Shown piece by piece: positions 23,880 to 35,800 of a DNA stretch of 64,000 nt (positions within the stretch are counted from its first letter, which is position 1; each line of letters starts with the position of its first letter). The position numbers and the translations under genes were made by a program. The notes beneath the pieces are model-generated. The model saw only the letters and a list, made by a program, of their open reading frames with translations. It did not search any database and was not told where the DNA came from. Source of the stretch: Macrostomum hystrix (Eukaryota; Animalia; Platyhelminthes); the NCBI GenBank assembly GCA_950097015.1, contig CATNEN010000038.1:32116001-32180000 (forward strand). Reading direction: 5' to 3'.

Positions 23880-26800
23880 TCAGGGTCTCTGCTGATCGTC
23901 AGTCCTGGCTGGCGGCTGGTTTGGCAGCCTCGGCCGGGGCTCGCCGTCTTCGTCGTATTCGTCTAGGAATCCCAGGTGCTCGGCCGCTGCCTCCTCCACC
24001 ACAGCAGGAGCAGTCGGGCCGTGGCTCAGCTGAAATGCAGCGAGGGAATTTCTTAGTTACATACAAATGTTCCTTACTATACTACTAACTTAAGCATAAA
24101 CAACAATAACAACAACAATAACAGAAGCAACAATAACAACAGCAACAAGCGATTGATTGAATCAACAACAAAAACAACGTACATCCGTCTGCGACGCAAT
24201 CAGCTTGTAGTCATCCTCGCTGTTGCGCGAGCTAGTCGCCTGGCGATCCTTGGCCTCCTGGTTCAGCTGGCGATAGGATGTCACCCTGGGCATCGACAGG
24301 AAGTTTTCTTCCTCCTCGCCTGAGCTGTCCCGATTGTGCCCCGGGATACCGGCTCCCTGGCCTAGGACGCGACGCTGCCACTTCTTCTGACGGTTGAGTT
24401 CAACCCAGCGCTTGCGCTCTGCCTCCTGTTGTTTGGGCAATGCGTGGAATGGTGAAACTGGTGAAAGAGGACAGAGAAAGTGTTACAATGCCAAAATGTG
24501 GAAGGGGCTCAGAACCAGATGGAGTTGCCTAGAGGACCCTAGAAGAATAGATAATTACAATGACTCAGATACCAACCTCCTTCTTCTGATGAGAAACCAG
24601 GTTCTTGACGTACTGCAGCAACTCGTCAATCTTAGAATCAGTCGAGTCCTCATCTTTGGCCGACAAGCAGAGGGCTCGATTCAATGGGAAGAAGTCGTAT
24701 TTTTCTTCGGCCAGCTGAAATGTCGATTGCTTAGTTCGTGAACTGCTTAGCCATCGAATCCGCGCACTAACTTTTCTTGGCAACAACTCACCAGTTTGTA
24801 AACATGCAGATCCAACGATGTATAGTCGTTTCTAGCTGTGTCCTCCAGGTGAATGAAGAAGAAAATGTAGGCCCACATGTTGTGCTCCTGTCGCACATGA
24901 TAGTCGAAGCCCATGCCGTGATGCTCGAAGTCGTAGCTGTTGCGTGAGCAGATGAAACAATTGTCGCGCATGTCCACCTCAGCTGTCCATTTCATGTTGC
25001 GCAGCTCGCTGAATGTGTCCACGATGATGCCGAAGATGATGTTCAGGCCGACAGTGGTGATGAGGATGAAGAATGCGATGTGAAAGATCGCAACTGGGAA
25101 GAATGCGTCAAATGTGCGCTTATCACCCGCTGCGTCATCCGGTACGAGATTCTGTGCAATAATAGAATGCTTCGGTTAGTTTCGCGTGCCTGTTGCATCA
25201 CAGAGTGCACCCTGACTTTCACTATTTCTTCACCTTTCTCTTTGCGTTTGTTTACGCTCGCAGGCCTATGTACTTTCTTCTTCTCTCCATTTATTTGTTC
25301 AACTTCTAAGCTAACCTGCCCTTCTCTTTCCTCTCCATCGTCTCTGATTGGCTAGCGGTTCGTCTCTCTTTCCCCACCCCCTCCTTTTCAGCTCTTACCC
25401 CCTGGCCCGTCCTAAATTGTGTTACCCTTAAGGCCCCTCCTTATCTCTTGGCTAATATCGATTCCTTCAGTACAGTAAAAACAGGCTTTTACTGCGAAAA
25501 CTTGATTTATTATAGGTAGTTACTACAACAACAAACATCTATTCACCTCGAACAAGTCGCCGATCAGACCGAAGCGCAGCACGGACACGAAGCACTGGTG
25601 CAGGTCCTGGCAGAACATCATAGCGTTGGGCCCAGGAAACGCGTGGCGGAACTGGGCAAAGGCTAGAACCGCGAACAGGTACATAATGGCTATGCCCAAT
25701 ACGGAGACCCAGATTAGCGAGAGACCTGGAAGCGCGTTGATGAGTTTCTATTTTATAGTGAGCCATATCTGATAGTTGTTTTAAGAGAAGAGAGGCTTAC
25801 CGTTCATTGTGACCGCCTGAATAACACCCTGCAGGAGCTGGTTATTATTCACAATGTTCAACAGGTGGAAGGCGAAGAAATACGGTCGGTAGAACGTTCC
25901 GGCTAGAGCGCAGACGAAGAAAATCAGATAGTACAGGGTGGATATAGAGAACAGGCTCACAGAGAGCTTGTCCCCGCTTTCCTCGGTCTCAGTCAGCTCG
26001 TCTTCGTCCTCAGTCTTTTTCTGACGCAGTTTTCGCAAACGTTCCAGCATGCCGCGCAAGTTGGGCAACTGCGGATGATTGGCTATGAAGAAGGCGAGTA
26101 GGATGATGAGCGACAGTAGCATTAGCACGACTGAGAAGGCGTCCACATAGTAATGCAGATTCGGATAATCGTCCTTCCAGCGAGCCGTTTCACTGATGGT
26201 GGCAGCGGTGGGGTGTAGAATGCTGATTGAAGTAAATCCGAAAACTGGCCAGGGATTAAATTATGATATTGTCCTATTGAGTTTACTACATTTCGGTAGT
26301 TAGGAGAGTAGAGATAATAGCTGCGAGTAATAAAAAGTAAATGTGTCATGTCCGGAAATGCCTCCGGAAATACTCCGGTAATGAAAGAGTTGCAACATGA
26401 CGAGACTAGCTTCGAAAAACAAACTACGAGAGCTTGTCTTTTGCATTTTAAGCGAATTCATGTCGTAAGATATAAGGTTAGAATTTTCAGGATAATAGTT
26501 CGAAATATATACTTAAGCTAATAATATAATAATAATTGCAGGAGGGCTGCGGGCAATGGCACATCATTTAGTGACACTAGACCCGCAGCCAGCGAGGAGG
26601 CAATTCTGCCCATTTCGCTGACTCCTGAGCACACACGCACTCAGATACTGTACGCAGGCATTACGCTCACACAGGTGTGTACATCTGCCCTGACTTTCTC
26701 ATCGTCAGGCAGTGTACACTCTCACTGTGCCTTGGAGGTTGGCCCTCAAGGGCGTAAATTGCACGACAAGCCCCCAAGCCTTCTCTCCGCGGCTGCACCC

Positions 26801-29800
26801 CAATTTAAAGTGGCCTCGCCGCGGAATCGAACTTAGGGACCTTGGTGCGAGAGGCAAACGCGATAGCCGCTCTGCCACCGACCCCCTATATATTTAGGTT
26901 CCTGTTCATAGTTGCGACCAGCCGGGTAAATGAGGGTGGGTGTGGCCTCCCCCCAGTCCATGGACTGAACAGCTAGCCGTGCGCAGCCTTCAGATGCGCC
27001 ACGCAATAGCTGCGGCTGTGCTGTCGGCTGCACATCTGGCACAATCGGGGCTTGGTGTAATCTAGTATTATCATAATAATTGTTACTCACTTGACTTCCA
27101 GCGCAGGGATCCAAGAGTGGGGTTTGAGTGTGGCTGGAGAGTCAGTTGCCTCGATACCGATCAGCATCAGGATGTTGAGAATGACGGCAGTCAAGGTTGC
27201 GCAATGGTTCCAGATCAGCCAGAATCGAGTCAGGAGGATGGTGAACGGATTCGACAGCACTTTTTTCTGGTACTGGATGTCCTTCAGGATGGCCTTAGTC
27301 CAGTCCATGAAGTCGCGGATCTTTGTACTGGGCGATGTGCGATCCACATTCCACTTCAGCTTCTCCTTCAGCTCTTCTCGAAGTACATTCTGTGGTAGAA
27401 TTTCACACAAGTGGCTCTTTTTAATTGTCTGTTATACTTGTAATATGTATTTACTGAAGTAACCAAGTCTCATAATCCGTAACAAACCTTATTCCTGACT
27501 CTGAAGTGAATCTTTTGCAGGTTGTCATTCTTCAGAATCTCAATAGTCATCGAGTTCTTCTTGAAGAACTTGAAGGCCTTCTGCTGCAGCTCGGTTATTT
27601 GTAATTCTGTTTATTATAAATAAGTTTAAGCGATCATGTTACATGGTTTAACAATAAAATGCTATTTTTTATAACAGTCCATGATTTAAAACATGAAATG
27701 TGAAATGATAATGTATTTCAGCTAAAGATAGCGTCATAAAAGCTAAGAATAACAGGAATTTAAACATTATAAAGACATAGATATTTAATTTCCACAATGA
27801 CAACACAAATGTACAGTGTTGCAATTTATATAAAAATGATTTTGCTTTAGAATATAACTTCTCTAACGATGTACAACACGACGACCTTACCCTTTCCGGG
27901 TAGAAAAAATTCTGAAAAATGAGCAGTTTCATTAGCTCAAGAAAGCAATTTCAATGACTAGTATAAAGTCATAATCTGATAATCGTGGATAGAAATGAAT
28001 GTTGCAAAATGTTTACCCAGATATGAAGCGGACAAATGACCCACCTTTTTTAGCAATAGTCGGGTCTATGTCGTACAAGCGTGCCAGGATAGTGTAAAAC
28101 GAGAAGCCCACACTATACACAGCCTCTTTGAGCTCTTTGTCGTCCTCCTAGAAATTCAGGTGCATGTGGTATGCCAAAATTTAACCGAGAGTTTTAGAAA
28201 TATTTCTCGAACATAATCAGATGAAAACGATGTAAAATATGCATTGAAGTGACTTCTCAAAATAAATCAAGTCTTCGCAGTAACAGTGTTTGCGGCACTT
28301 AACGAACCTCTAGCCGAGAATAAATTAACCAAGAGATCGATAAGGAGGGGGCAGAAGGGTAACGCGAGTTAGGACTGGCCAGAGGGTAAGAGCTGAAAAG
28401 GAGGGGTTGATAAAAGAGAGACGAGCAGCTAGCCAATCAGAGACGAGGGAAAGGAAAGAGAATTGAAGGTTAGAAAATAAGTTGAACAGAGAGGGAGAGA
28501 CTAAGTTCGAATTGGGTGCTGCTGACGTGGCACTGTCTATGGCAAAGCCAAGCATTGACGCAGACTCACAAGCAGTCGCTTGAATCCGGTGCTCTTCGAC
28601 GACGATTGCTGCGCATCGTAGCACTCGGTCATGACTCTGTACAAAGCTTTCTTGTCCAGAGTGTCCTTCACTTCGCGAGCAATGACAATGGCATCGGCTG
28701 AGTTCTCTTCAATCAGTGAGATCACCAAATTGGCAATGGTCTGCCTCAACTCAACCACCTGTTCCGGCTCGCAGTTTTCAAAGTCTGACGAACGCAAAAT
28801 GAAGTTGATGTAGTCTATGATCTTGTTGTCGTAGACTGCGGCTCTGTTCTCCTGATTGCCCTGGGTCGTTTTTGCAAGTTTTTACGTTTGTTAAAATGAC
28901 TTTGAATGTTTTAGTTAATAAAAGTACAATCGCAGGGGCGACTGGACTTTGTCGCCATCTAAACAACATTTCGTAAAGTAAATTTAACAGTGGAAAGTGG
29001 CAGAGCGGTTAACCCTTCTGCCTCTCGCACCAAGGTCCCTGAGCTCGATTCCACGGCGAGGCCACATTAAATTGGGGCGCAATTCGTGCAATTTAAGCCC
29101 TTGAGGGCCAACCTCCAAGGCACAAGGCAATTGAAATTGTACACTGCCTGACGATGAGAAAGTCAGATGTACACACCTGTGTGAGCGTGTGCCTGCGTAC
29201 AGTATCTGAGTGCGTGTGTGCTCAGGAGTCAGCGAAATGGGCAGAATTGCCTCCTCGCTGGCTGCACGTCTAGTGTCACGAAATTTTTTGCCATTGCCTG
29301 CAGCCCTCCTTCAATAATTAATATTTTTATTATGGACAACCTTGAGCCAATTTTTGGATCTTGAAGGCGATTGGTTGAATACTTTTGGAGATACAGAAGA
29401 AAATGTGGGCATTTGAAATATCCCCATGGTATTTCTACTCTTAAGAGACAAGACTTTTTCATGGCTAAGACATGAAGAGACGATCGAACGATATTCGTTA
29501 CTAACTGCGCAGAATTCGTTGACAGTAGAGAACAGCTGAATCAGCAGGTCGATGGTGTCACCGTTGATGTTGGAATAAGCCACGTTGATAAACTGCGACA
29601 CTTCGGCCACGATGTTGAAAGACTTGATGTTGTCCGGTTGTTCCCGCAGATAATTCTGCAATCCAAAGTGCTGGCCGTCGCAGATACTTGCCAGAACCTT
29701 CAGCACCAACGCGATGTAGCCGTCGTCCTTCATTGATATTGTCTCCTCCGGGCTACTCGACGACTGCTGCTGGTTGGCCGATAATCCTGACGGCTTCTGC

Positions 29801-32800
29801 GGGGCGTTGGTGGCGTTCGATACGACTGGCAACTCCCTCCAGCACTCCCTCCAGCACTCTCTCCAGCACTCAATCCAGCACTCAATCCAGCACTCAATCC
29901 AGCACTCAATCCAGCACTGTCTCCAGCACTCCCTCCAGCACTTTCTCCAACACTCAATCCAGCACTCAATCCAGCACTCAATCCAGCACTCAATCCAGCA
30001 CTCCCTCCAGCACTTTCTCCAACACTCAATCCAGCACTCAATCCAGCACTCCCTCCAGCACTTTCTCCAACACTCAATCCAGCACTCAATCCAGCACTCC
30101 CTCCAGCACTCAATCCAACACTCAATCCAGCACTCAATCCAGCACTGTCTCCAGCACTCCCTCCAGCACTCAATCCAGCACTCAATCCAGCACTCAATCC
30201 AGCACTGTCTCCAGCACTCCCTCCAGCACTTTCTCCAACACTCAATCCAGCACTCAATCCAGCACTCCCGCCAGCACTTTCTCCAACACTCAATCCAGCA
30301 CTCAATCCAGCACTCCCTCCAGCACTTTCTCCAACACTCAATCCAGCACTCAATCCAGCACTCCCTCCAGCACTCCCTCCAGCACTCAATCCAACACTCA
30401 ATCCAGCACTCAATCCAGCACTCCCTCCAGCACTCAATCCAACACTCAATCCAGCACTCAATCCAGCACTGTCTCCAGCACTCCCTCCAACACTCAATCC
30501 AACACTCAATCCAGCACTCAATCCAGCACTCCCTCCAGCACTTTCTCCAACACTCAATCCAGCACTCAATCCAGCACTGTCTCCAGCACTCCCTCCAGCA
30601 CTCAATCCAGCACTCAATCCAGCACTCAATCCAGCACTCAATCCAGCACTGTCTCCAGCACTCCCTCCAGCACTCTCTCCAGCACTCTCTCCAACACTCA
30701 ATCCAGCACTCAATCCAGCACTCTCTCCAGCAATCTCTCTAGCACTCTCTCCAGCACTCTCTCCAACACTCAATCCAGCACTCAATCCAGCACTCAATCC
30801 AGCACTCAATCCAGCACTGTCTCCAGCACTCCCTCCAGCACTCTCTCCAGCACTCTCTCCAACACTCAATCCAGCACTCAATCCAGCACTGTCTCCAGCA
30901 CTCCCTCCAGCACTCTCTCCAGCACTCTCTCCAACACTCAATCCAGCACTCAATCCAGCACTCAATCCAGCACTCAATCCAGCACTCCCTCCAGCACTTT
31001 CTCCAACACTCAATCCAGCACTCAATCCAGCACTCAATCCAGCACTCAATCCAGCACTCTCTCCAGCACTCTCTCCAACACTCAATCCAGCACTCAATCC
31101 AGCACTGTCTCCAGCACTCCCTCCAGCACTCTCTCCAGCACTCTCTCCAACACTCAATCCAGCACTCAATCCAGCACTCAATCCAGCACTCAATCCAGCA
31201 CTCCCTCCAGCACTTTCTCCAACACTCAATCCAGCACTCAATCCAGCACTCAATCCAGCACTCCCTCCAGCACTTTCTCCAACACTCAATCCAGCACTCA
31301 ATCCAGCACTCCCTCCAGCACTCTCTCCAGCACTCTCTCCAACACTCAATCCAGCACTCAATCCAGCACTCTCTCCAGCAATCTCTCTAGCACTCTCTCC
31401 AGCACTCTCTCCAACACTCAATCCAGCACTCAATCCAGCACTCAATCCAGCACTCAATCCAGCACTGTCTCCAGCACTCCCTCCAGCACTCTCTCCAGCA
31501 CTCTCTCCCACACTCAATCCAGCACTCAATCCAGCACTGTCTCCAGCACTCCCTCCAGCACTCTCTCCAGCACTCTCTCCAACACTCAATCCAGCACTCA
31601 ATCCAGCACTCAATCCAGCACTCAATCCAGCACTCCCTCCAGCACTCTCTCCAGCACTCTCTCCAACACTCAATCCAGCACTCAATCCAGCACTGTCTCC
31701 AGCACTCCCTCCAGCACTCTCTCCAGCACTCTCTCCAGCACTCTCTCCCACACTCAATCCAGCACTCAATCCAGCACTCCCTCCAGCACTTTCTCCAACA
31801 CTCAATCCAGCACTCAATCCAGCACTCAATCCAGCACTCAATCCAGCACTCCCTCCAGCACTCAATCCAGCACTCAATCCAGCACTCAATCCAGCACTCA
31901 ATCCAGCACTCAATCCAGCACTCAATCCAACACTCAATCCAGCCCTCTCTCCAGCACTCTCTCCAGCAGTCTCTCCAGCACTCTCTCTAGCACTGTCTCC
32001 AGCACAGCTTGGCCCTACCTGTCCAGCCTCAAACTCGTCGGTGTCATCCACCAGTAGTCCGCGAGTGTCCATTGTTCCACCACGGCTAGAAGCCGCGGAG
32101 GCTTTCTCGTCAGCCGCCGTACCGTTGGCGAATGCCACTTTCTTTTTGCTCTTGACAGCAGCTCCGCCAGCTGACACTCCGGACGGTCCAGAAGCTGTGG
32201 GAGCAGTCGCAGCAGCCGGCTGTCGCTTTCGCTTCCTGGTTCGACTCTGGATCTGACTGAGGCTGACTCGACGCTGTCAAATTTTGAAGGTTTAAACAGT
32301 TTAAAAGCTTGAATGATTTTTTGTACGATGCTTAGAGTGTAGAATAAGCGATGTGAGAAATTGTATGAAGAATTTAATAAAATGTCAGGGTAATGTAAAA
32401 TGTGAAGCATTCGATGCCTTCACAATACATTTACATAGTGCAACATGGGCACAGCACATCGAGGCAGAGAATAAAATTATCTATAGTAAAACAAGTATAG
32501 TATTTATAATTTGTACTCGTATATTTTAACATTTAAATCGAGTCACAGCAAGTACATTTTACTTAAATTATTTAAGTTTGACGAATAATTCGAAAAGTAT
32601 AACAATAAAATCAGGAAAGAAAGATAAGGTGAAAATTAAAAAAAATTCAATCAAGGTAGAGAACTTCTACTCAATAGTTTCACACTTTAATTAATTCTTA
32701 TTAAAAAACCAAAGCATTGACGGGCAAGCCTGTTCGCTGCGCTGTTTCTTCGTGTTTAAAACAAAATCAGCGCGCTTTCAAACCGGTCAAATATTCATCA

Positions 32801-35800
32801 TCTATCAACCAATCGATCAATCAATCGATCAATGGATCAATCAAGCAAAAAAATCAATCAGTCAGTCAATCAATCAATCCATCAATCAATCAATCAATCA
32901 ATAAAACAAACAATCAATCAATTGATCAATAAATAAAAATCAATCAGTCAGTCAGTCAATCAATCAATCAATGAATCCATCAATTAATCAACCAATCAAT
33001 CAATCCATCAATCAATTTATCAATCAATAAAAAATCTATCAGTCAGTCAATCAATCAATCAAATCCATCAATCCATCAATCAATCCATCAATCAATCAAT
33101 CAATCGATCAATCCATCAATCAATCAATTAATCCATCAATCAATCAATCAATCAATCAATCCATTAAACAATCAATCAATCCATCAATCTATCAATCCAT
33201 CAATCAATCAATCTGTCAGTCAATCAGTCAATCAATCAGACAATACATCAATAAAAAATCAATCAGTCAGTTAATCAATCAACCAATCAAGTGCTTCATT
33301 AGAAAAGCAATGTTCCTGTTGGCGATTTGCTTTCTCAAGCCCAATATTTAAGAGACATACGTAAAACATGAAAGTCAAGGCTCGAAGATCTGAAATTCCC
33401 TGCCATTTTGAAGCAAGCAGAGTGCTTAAATTAAATAATTAATAACAATATATCAATATTATTATTTTAGTTCAATATACTACTGTTGGAAAGAAACTAA
33501 ATTACGTAAATTTACGAGCATAAATAGGCTTTTTGTTCTTAGGTGCTAATCAGACTTTGTTCCCAATTCCAAGTGATTTAGGATTTTACTTAATTGGGAT
33601 TTCACTGAAATGGGATTTTTATTAGATGGGAGTCCATCAAAGTTTCTCTAACTTCTGTGAGTTCGACCCAACTATAAAACAGTCGCTGCGCAGGATTTGT
33701 ACGAAATCGCGATTTCCAAGAAAATTCGCTCACTCGATAGTTCTATCAATTAGTAGTTTCATTAAAGTTGCGTTCTCACCATAAGTTTGCCTCCGTGCTA
33801 GAAAATAAATGAACGAATGTGAGTAATTTGATTTGAGTATACAATAGCATTAGAAAATTTTCATGTCATATATAGAATCGTTTGAGTATCTGAAAAAAAA
33901 TGAGCTACAAAAACTATATCAAGTTGTGTATTTGCACTTTAAAGTTTTTTAAACGGCAAAGAAACGAAAAGGTGTATTTTTCCTTATTCAAAGTACTAAT
34001 TAAAAGAAATTAAATATTATCTAGACACAATTATCAGACAACAAAAATGTTTAATCTAAATTCAAAATAAAATAAAACTAATTTAACAAAATTCACTTAC
34101 CGTCAGATCACTGCTTGCTTGCTCAATCTTCTGCTCAATCTGATATTGTCGAATTTGCTGAAACAAGAGCAATAAATTATCTTAGAAAGTGGAAAATAAA
34201 GATAATTTTACAGCTGTGTGAACTAAAACAAAAACGGATCAAAGTGTCTAACTCAAGGACACAAAAATGGTTTCCATTGAGATTCAACAAGCTGCCCACC
34301 TGCAGGGCCTTAACACCTAGAGTCATTGTAGCGCGTAGATTTTCAGCTTGAGATTTTGCTTCAAGTTCGCGAGCCTTCTGCTGCGAGATTAGCAATCGGC
34401 GCTCTTTGATGTTGGCAGTCGACAATTGAAGACGATTGCGGACGGCGTAGAAGAACACTTCTTCTTTGGTGTGCAGAAAGTAGTTTAGCATGCTTTCCTG
34501 CAGGGTTAAATTTGTGTTAAAATTGGTTGCGTCAGTGTAGACAATTGTACAGTTAAGACATGAGGTTGTATCGTTTCAGAAATTCTCTAATCTGACTAAA
34601 TGTACGTTGGCGAGGGACGAAAAACCGGGTAGCTGGAGCGTACATTCGAGAGGGACGAGAAGCTGGCTGGTTTGAATGTACATTCGAGAGGGACGAGAAG
34701 CTGGCTGGTTTGAATGTACATTCGAGAGGGACGAGAAGCTGGCTGGTTTGAATGTACATTCGAGAGTTAGGAGTTACGACTCACTGAATTAAGAGTACAT
34801 TTAACAAGATCAAAAAAGTATTAATGGTTAGTTGAGTGCACATTATTGCTGTGCTTATTTCAATTCTTCTATTCAAATTTCACCTGAACTTTCTCGTTGG
34901 CGTGAAACAGCATCATGCCGAGCAGAGACAGTACCTCCTTGGCAACCAGACTGCTGGTCGAAGCCAGATGGGGCAGGGCGTGCTTCACAATGCCGAATGC
35001 GTTCAGGGTGTTCTGAATCTCCGAGATTGTTCGCAGACCTCTATTGATATTTTGTATTGGTAATTCATTTTGTTAGAAACTTAAAAACATTTTGAGAACA
35101 TTTTAATGCATCACTGATTATACGCACGTACACAGAAGAAAGAGAAGAAAAGGTCCAACTTCCGAATGATGTACACCAATGTACGTTAGGGATAGAGATC
35201 CAAGGTCTTTAACTCCGAATGATGTACACCATTGTACGTTAAGGATAGAGACCCAATGTCAAACATTTGACTGGTGTACACCAATGTACATTAAGGATAG
35301 AGATCCAAGGTCAAACTTCCGACTGATGTACACTATCGTAATGTACACAATGCCAGCAAGCCCTCACTTTTTAACGCGAAACTCCGACGTTCGAACCTCC
35401 CAGTCCTCCGGCAGTTTTCGCTCCTCGTTGTGCATGAAGGCTCGCAGGATCTGCAGGATTCGAATCGTCAGGCGCTCCTGCTCCTGGCGCACCTTCAGCT
35501 CGCGACTATTGGACGCGGAATTGCTGGCGATGCTCGTGGCGCAGATTCTTAAAAAATGTTAAAAGACGTTGCTGTATTACGCTGGTAAAAAGTGTAAAAA
35601 GGAACAAAAAAATTACTCACCGCAGCCCGTTGACCAGCTGGTTGGCCAGTTTGTACCTCTGATCTGGCTGTCTGCAGCTCATGTTTACAAGGCAGCGCAC
35701 GTGACTTTGGAACTCCTCGTCCAATGGCAGGGCTTCGTCGCTGCCAACCTGGGTGTACTCTGCACAATGGAGGAAATGATGGTTTTATAAATAGTCACAA

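Noticed and set aside
26690-26710. Hammerhead-like CTGACGA...GAAA in SINE A
   Set aside because: Only 3 nt separate the two core boxes (no stem II), and CTGAC pairs with the following GTCAG in a simple hairpin.
29832-32005. Repeated in-frame TGA (VLD*) as selenocysteine or readthrough codons in ITPR
   Set aside because: That frame is not contiguous with the upstream exon, a donor exists at 32018, and no SECIS was evident.
29688-32057. 789-aa mucin-like Ser/Thr ORF on the + strand
   Set aside because: It is the antisense translation of the 12-bp array inside the ITPR gene, starts at a TTG overlapping an ITPR exon, and has no signal peptide.
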